A stretch of 11,950 bases of DNA from assembly GCA_045105515.1 (NCBI GenBank), contig JBGCDR010000073.1:1-11950 (forward strand). Reading direction: 5' to 3'. How positions within the stretch are numbered: position 1 is the stretch's first letter; each line of letters starts with the position of its first letter. Both the position numbers and the translations under genes were made by a program. Of the stretch, positions 7,464 to 11,950 are shown piece after piece. This stretch comes from Oligoflexales bacterium. GTDB lineage: Bacteria > Bdellovibrionota_B > Oligoflexia > Oligoflexales > Bog-1112. A model generated the notes under the pieces. It did no database searches. It had not been told where the DNA came from and saw nothing but the letters and a program-made list of their open reading frames with translations.

Positions 7464-8684
7464 CTAGATCGAAAACCACATTTCCACCGGTCTTACCGCG
7501 GCTGACTCAACCAATTTTTTGCCAGCAACATTAAGTTCAATCAATTTAGCTAATGCATTATCAATTTCGTGCTTGCTTTTATTTCCTTTAAGTACATCCT
7601 GACTAATCTGAGTTCTTGATAAGCCGTCGGGATTTTTCCTTAAAGTCTCAAGTACCTTGTCCGCAACACGATCACCTGTGGCTTCCCCCCACAGCAATCG
7701 ACATCCATCTTCACAGTAGCGCCACAATTCCATTGCAACTCTCAAATGCAACTCTTCTATCAGTTCCGAGCAATCAAAAACTGCAAGCAGCATAGCTAAA
7801 CGCCTTACATAAGCTGCACCACGAGCTATAGATGCACCGAAAGGGTCACAGTAATCTTTATTCAATATCGAATAAGCTTCTTTCCAAAATTGATTTGCAC
7901 TTTGTGAAACGAATATTCTTCTCGGCGAGTAGCAAAATCTTAAGCCATGTTGCAGTTTAGACACGACATTTGATAAATGGCCTTCCGGAATATCGATGGA
8001 CTCATGCAACAATTTTGATCGTGTCGAATAAACCCAGAGAAAGCGATTAACAAAGCCATTTGTATTTTCTACCTGGTTTAAGAGCTTTTTTAATTCACTA
8101 AGGGTAATGTGGCCAACAATGGTAATGTGAGGACTGGTAGCTGCATAATCGAGAGTTTTAGTAACTATCCTCAAATCTTGACCATCCCAGGCAACCCTGA
8201 TCAGTTGAGATAGTGTGGAGGATTCTCTCCCCATTGCTTTTAAGGTCCTAGCAAACTCCTCCTCTAAAAGAAATTTTCGTTTATCACTAACGCCCGGATC
8301 AAATTTTTCTTTATTAGATCTAGGTGAATAGGGGTCACGCACTATGGAAATGAGTCCTTCTCCGCTACTTGATCCGCCATTGATATAGTTTTCTTTGATC
8401 CATTCAGGATTTACCTCCTTGCAGAGATTTTTGATTCTATAAAATGACGTTCCCTTGCGAGCTGTTGATGTTGCCCCAACTATGACAACATAGATCAAGC
8501 AAGGTTGCTTTCTACCATCAATTAGTTGATAAACTTTGTTGCCAATCATACAACCTAAAAGCGAAAACAGTTGATAAAGCATCGCTTCCTTACTTGCTTC
8601 CGTATATGGCGCTATCAATTGAATTGATTCGCCGATAGGGCCGTAATATGCCCACTCAGGTAGAGGCTTAGGCTTTAACATCAT
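7464..8684 (-). CDS. DUF3987/YfjI-type P-loop ATPase (putative replication helicase) with C-terminal winged helix
   Basis: Walker A variant IVGATSTARKGTS, SSGEGL, Walker B FLLEEEF, LIRVAWDG and NGFVNRFL. The C-terminus LRKNPDGLSRTQISQ...IDNALAKLIE is wHTH-like. Confidence 0.85.
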   Translation of the reverse strand: MMLKPKPLPEWAYYGPIGESIQLIAPYTEASKEAMLYQLFSLLGCMIGNKVYQLIDGRKQPCLIYVVIVGATSTARKGTSFYRIKNLCKEVNPEWIKENYINGGSSSGEGLISIVRDPYSPRSNKEKFDPGVSDKRKFLLEEEFARTLKAMGRESSTLSQLIRVAWDGQDLRIVTKTLDYAATSPHITIVGHITLSELKKLLNQVENTNGFVNRFLWVYSTRSKLLHESIDIPEGHLSNVVSKLQHGLRFCYSPRRIFVSQSANQFWKEAYSILNKDYCDPFGASIARGAAYVRRLAMLLAVFDCSELIEELHLRVAMELWRYCEDGCRLLWGEATGDRVADKVLETLRKNPDGLSRTQISQDVLKGNKSKHEIDNALAKLIELNVAGKKLVESAAVRPVEMWFSI

Positions 8685-8895
8685 TTGATTTACCTGTACT
8701 TGTTTGATTCAGATATTTGGCTAGTTTTTCAATACTTTCCTGATTCGGAGTCGACCCTTTAAACCAAGACAATGCTGTCGTGTAACGTACTCCTATGGCC
8801 TTACTCAATTTTTCTTTTGATCCGGCCCTTTTAAATGCTTCATTCACCCACATCTCTATTTTATTACCGTCAATACATTCATCTGGATTAAACAT
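8668..8895 (-). CDS. Small Cro/XRE-like HTH protein
   Basis: GSKEKLSKAIGVRYTTALSWFKGSTPNQESIEKLAKYL; strong AGGGAGG RBS; first gene of the leftward operon. Confidence 0.88.
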   Translation of the reverse strand: MFNPDECIDGNKIEMWVNEAFKRAGSKEKLSKAIGVRYTTALSWFKGSTPNQESIEKLAKYLNQTSTGKSNDVKA

Positions 8896-9035
8896 TTATC
8901 CTCCCTTTGAAGATGTAACTATTTAGTCATTCAGGTAATTAGAATACCTACTAGTTTTTTATAAAATCCTACTTATAGTATTTGTCAAAGGTGTTCTCAA
9001 AAGTCGGAAATATTGGTTTTAGAAAGGCACTTGAC

Positions 9036-9788
9036 ATGAATAAAGAAGACTCAATCGAAAACCTTTGCAGACGTTATGAGGATTTTTTAGTGAAAACAAA
9101 ATATAGAGAATTTTTTAAACCACCAGAGCATTTCAAAAGATTTGCTTCAAAAATGGCTGAAATTAGGCCAGAAACAGCAAAGTGCATCTATGAATCCCAA
9201 TTTAACATTTTTTGCTTACTGGAGAGTGCGGTAAAAAACTCAATACCCATAAAAGTCGATAACCAGCTAAAGGGCGACCTTCACGATCGGATATTGTTGG
9301 CCAAACATATCAAAAAAGATGTGGATCAACTGTTTGATTTAGAAATCAACCAACCCCATATACCTCTCTATTCTCTTGATACAGAGTTTAGGACGGTGGT
9401 TGCCCCCATACTTTTAGATTGGAAGAAACGTCTTGAGCGATACTACTCTGAACTTTTTCCAAAAGGGCATAGAGTTAATTGGGACTTTTTAAACAGTCTT
9501 GGTGCCACAGAAAATGCTTTTAAGCATCACCTTAAGGATATTCAAAAGAAGTTTTTTATCGAACCTTTATTTGATGAATTTTCACTATACAACTCCAGAA
9601 ACCCCATACAAGCTACGCCTATCAGATTAATCGTAAGTCTTTTAACTTGTATCGATACAGACAAATTAACGGGTAACATTAAGTTTAGAGAATCTACAAT
9701 CAAGACCAAATTAAGGTATTTTAAAGAAGATCCTTTCGATCGAGAAGTTGTATCTCTTAGGAGGAAAGGCTTCGAAATAACGTGCTAA
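9036..9788 (+). CDS. Hypothetical protein divergent from the Cro-like gene (probable start ATG 9036 rather than TTG 8982)
   Basis: Long ORF; AGAAAGG at 9021-9027 precedes ATG 9036; no recognisable family. Confidence 0.7.
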   Translation: MNKEDSIENLCRRYEDFLVKTKYREFFKPPEHFKRFASKMAEIRPETAKCIYESQFNIFCLLESAVKNSIPIKVDNQLKGDLHDRILLAKHIKKDVDQLFDLEINQPHIPLYSLDTEFRTVVAPILLDWKKRLERYYSELFPKGHRVNWDFLNSLGATENAFKHHLKDIQKKFFIEPLFDEFSLYNSRNPIQATPIRLIVSLLTCIDTDKLTGNIKFRESTIKTKLRYFKEDPFDREVVSLRRKGFEITC

Positions 9789-9978
9789 ACTTTTCGACGA
9801 ACGGTTTACTACCAGATGGCAAAGTTAGTAAATTCGTACCTGTAAGATACTGAATATTGGTTTAGGTAAAATCAAATAAACGTCTTAATTTTTCTCTTAG
9901 GAATACTAAATTACGAATTCACGATAAGCTACTTTGGTATACTTTCTCCATCAAAACACAATATCATATTAATATTAG

Positions 9979-10004
9979 GGCATTTTTATCGCGGCATTTT
10001 TATC
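9979..10004. repeat. 12-bp direct repeat GGCATTTTTATC x2
   Basis: Exact copies at 9979-9990 and 9993-10004, about 20 bp upstream of the long hairpin. Confidence 0.7.
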
Positions 10005-10026
10005 ATTTTTTACAGCAACAACTTCT

Positions 10027-10200
10027 ACTGTTTGCTCCCTGAGTCTATCGCCAAAGACAAAAGCTCGCAGGAAAAAAGAGGCTGGTAAGGTGGAGTTCTG
10101 GCCGAGGGACAGAAACACCTTCTAAGCCGATTTACCTGTGAGAAGTAGTTCTTTGTGATAGACCTGGGACAAATCAGTTGCTCCCTAGATCTGGAGCGTT
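10027..10200 (+). ncRNA. Candidate structured ncRNA: ~150-nt rod-like imperfect hairpin plus 3' terminator-like hairpin
   Basis: Five nested helices found by eye: ACTGTTTGCTCCC/GGGACAAATCAGT, GTCTATCGCCAAAGA/TCTTTGTGATAGAC, CTCGCAGG/CCTGTGAG, GGCTGGTAAGGTG/CACCTTCTAAGCC and TTCTGGCC/GGACAGAA. Several non-Watson-Crick positions are G-U on the + strand. Confidence 0.65.
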
Positions 10201-10203
10201 TGT
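10180..10203 (+). terminator. Possible weak intrinsic terminator
   Basis: GCTCC-CTAGATCT-GGAGC followed by GTTTGT; the U tract is short. Confidence 0.35.
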
Positions 10204-10361
10204 ATTACGAGTCTTAATCTACAAAGATCTAATCTCTCTTTAACGATCGACTCTATATCACCGTCTATCATTCCACATTGAAAATCAAATTTACTATTGA
10301 CTCAAATACACCTGAATATCATTGACCTACCTGATGACAAGCTGTAAAAATCGCCTTAACG

Positions 10362-10382
10362 AAATACGGTGTACTCGTATTT
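10362..10382. promoter_or_regulatory. Inverted repeat upstream of chorismate mutase
   Basis: AAATACG-N7-CGTATTT, ~40 bp before the ATG. Confidence 0.4.
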
Positions 10383-10420
10383 GATCCCCTGTTCAATAAA
10401 CAAGAACTCGAAGGACCTTT

Positions 10421-10984
10421 ATGAAATTTTCTACACTATTGACCTTATTTATCAGTCTAGCTCAACCGTTTACAGCCATTTATGGATCTAGTCACACCTC
10501 ACTTTCCAAATCCAATAAGACCGAACAAGTTGCAATTGAAATTCTTGATACTATGGCCGAGCGCCTAAGAATAATGCCCGAAGTCGCGAAGTGGAAAGCT
10601 ATTAATAACAAACCGATTGACGATTTCGAAAGAGAAAATCAACTGCTAAAAAAGCTCGAGAAACAAGGCGCTGACTTAGGCCTCGAAGCAGAATTTATCA
10701 GAACATTCTTTCAAGCCCAATTTGACGCAGCAAAAATCTATCAACGCCAATTTATAGAAGCGAACCGCACTAAATCTGATTTTGATTCGGTGCAAGATCT
10801 TAACAATGAAATTAGGCCCAAAGTCACTCAACTAACTAATAGGATACTAAACCTGCTTAGCGACTTGAAAAAGTCAGGTTTGTCACCAAAAGAAATAAAA
10901 GGACTCGTCGATCAAAATTCGGGACTACTCTATGGGTTTGATGATGAGGTTGTAAAAAAATCCCTTGAAGCATTCAATAGCTAG
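10421..10984 (+). CDS. aroQ: Secreted/periplasmic chorismate mutase, AroQ gamma subclass
   Basis: N-terminal signal peptide. ERLRIMPEVAKWKAINNKPIDDFERENQLL, FFQAQFDAAKIYQ and DLNNEIRPKV are characteristic *AroQ motifs. GAAGGA RBS. Confidence 0.92.
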   Translation: MKFSTLLTLFISLAQPFTAIYGSSHTSLSKSNKTEQVAIEILDTMAERLRIMPEVAKWKAINNKPIDDFERENQLLKKLEKQGADLGLEAEFIRTFFQAQFDAAKIYQRQFIEANRTKSDFDSVQDLNNEIRPKVTQLTNRILNLLSDLKKSGLSPKEIKGLVDQNSGLLYGFDDEVVKKSLEAFNS

Positions 10985-11012
10985 CGCTTCTGCGTTTAGA
11001 GAGTAATGCTAA

Positions 11013-11537
11013 TTATTTGATAACGTCGATCAATTCCTGCAAAGTCTCAACGACTTTTTCGTTAGCCTTGCTCTTCTTCGTGTTACCTACTCTTGAAAGA
11101 AAATTTAGAGCTTTTTCTAACTTTCCTAGTCCATTTTCATCAAAAAGTTTTAAGGCCAACACTTGATCTTCGATCGAAAGATCCTGAAATTTTTTATAGA
11201 TTTTATAAAATAAAGGGTCTTCATTGAGTGACTCATTACCCTCTATATAGCCAAAAAAATCGGTTCCAGTCATATCCATCATACTTGCATACTTCTGAAT
11301 ATCTACGATGCTATTTATAAGTGCATTTTCCCCACTGGTACGACTTTCTAGTCTTTCTACATGAGATTGTGATGCAGCCATTTCTTTTGCTAATTGTTTC
11401 TGTGTCCAACCCTTTTTAGCACGAAGAGTTTTAAGAAGATGAACAAGTCTCAACTGAAGTTTAAGCTTAAAAGGCTTCACAAACTTCCTTCCCATTGATA
11501 CAAAGAACTTGCAATAAACTGAGGGTGGCTTGGACAC
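11013..11537 (-). CDS. XRE-family HTH regulator (true start may be ATG at 11495)
   Basis: LKTLRAKKGWTQKQLAKEMAASQSHVERLES is an XRE HTH, followed by a helical C-terminal region. Confidence 0.85.
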   Translation of the reverse strand: MSKPPSVYCKFFVSMGRKFVKPFKLKLQLRLVHLLKTLRAKKGWTQKQLAKEMAASQSHVERLESRTSGENALINSIVDIQKYASMMDMTGTDFFGYIEGNESLNEDPLFYKIYKKFQDLSIEDQVLALKLFDENGLGKLEKALNFLSRVGNTKKSKANEKVVETLQELIDVIK

Positions 11538-11666
11538 CTCCCCATCAGTAGCCGATGGTGGGTGACTATAACAGCATCCTTAAATCGAAGCAATCGCGCT
11601 TTGATCAACCTTAATATAATTTATGCCTGTATTCATGAGTGGCCTAATACCTCTAGGAGTCGAAAA

Positions 11667-11849
11667 ATGAGTGTTGATACCTTGGTATTAAATGACAATA
11701 AGCTATGCTTGTCAGCATGGTTAGAGATTCTTGGCGACAGTGCTATTGGGTTTACTAGTCCAAGAGAAATCCTATTGCAGCTTATATCAGAACCAAACTT
11801 CCTAAAATCAATCAAATGCGGATCAATAGTTGAAAGCCTTGCTGCATAA
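11667..11849 (+). CDS. Small hypothetical protein (60 aa) ending in -LAA
   Basis: AGGAG 7 nt upstream of in-frame ATG 11667; TATAAT at 11615-11620; divergent from the XRE gene. Confidence 0.5.
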   Translation: MSVDTLVLNDNKLCLSAWLEILGDSAIGFTSPREILLQLISEPNFLKSIKCGSIVESLAA

Positions 11850-11950
11850 GGATTTTGACTGTCTTTGCAATCAGCGTTTACTTGCCAGGTTCATTCCACG
11901 ATTAAATAGTGTATATTTTTAGGGCTTTAATGTCTGAATAGCCTGGCCCT

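Larger units (their letters stand above)
4893..11950. mobile_element. Integrative element / phage-satellite-like island; right boundary not seen in window
   Basis: att core next to int-xis, a replication-type ATPase and a Cro-like gene. No structural or conjugation genes are visible. The core backbone spans 4893-9788; whether the genes beyond that belong to it is uncertain. Confidence 0.7.

Noticed and set aside
10027..10178. SRP RNA, retron msr-msd or tmRNA identity for the hairpin
   Set aside because: No SRP domain IV signature, no reverse transcriptase in the window, and no tRNA-like ends.
11633..11815. Minus-strand 60-aa ORF
   Set aside because: TTG start without a clear RBS; the opposite-strand ORF at 11667 has a much better RBS.

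Overview
AT-rich accessory region that looks like a tandem array of islands at a tRNA-Ser 3'-end attachment site. A 3' tRNA-Ser fragment (att core, 4893-4910, minus strand) lies just downstream of a tyrosine integrase. To its right is a satellite/IME-like backbone: integrase, excisionase, two tandem RuvC-resolvase-like genes that seem to have lost catalytic aspartates, a DUF3987-type ATPase and a Cro-like HTH. Further right are a divergent unknown gene, a ~150-nt imperfect hairpin (candidate ncRNA), a secreted chorismate mutase and an XRE regulator. To the left of the core is a ~4.55 kb segment with no integrase, bounded by a second, decayed copy of the same att end (195-340). It carries a secreted SNase-like nuclease plus membrane protein, an XRE regulator beside a perfect 20-bp palindrome, and a three-gene TIGR04255 / 'WDG' / ART-like operon resembling a toxin-antitoxin-chaperone defence module. 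Family assignments come from motif recognition by eye; no searches or folding programs were run.
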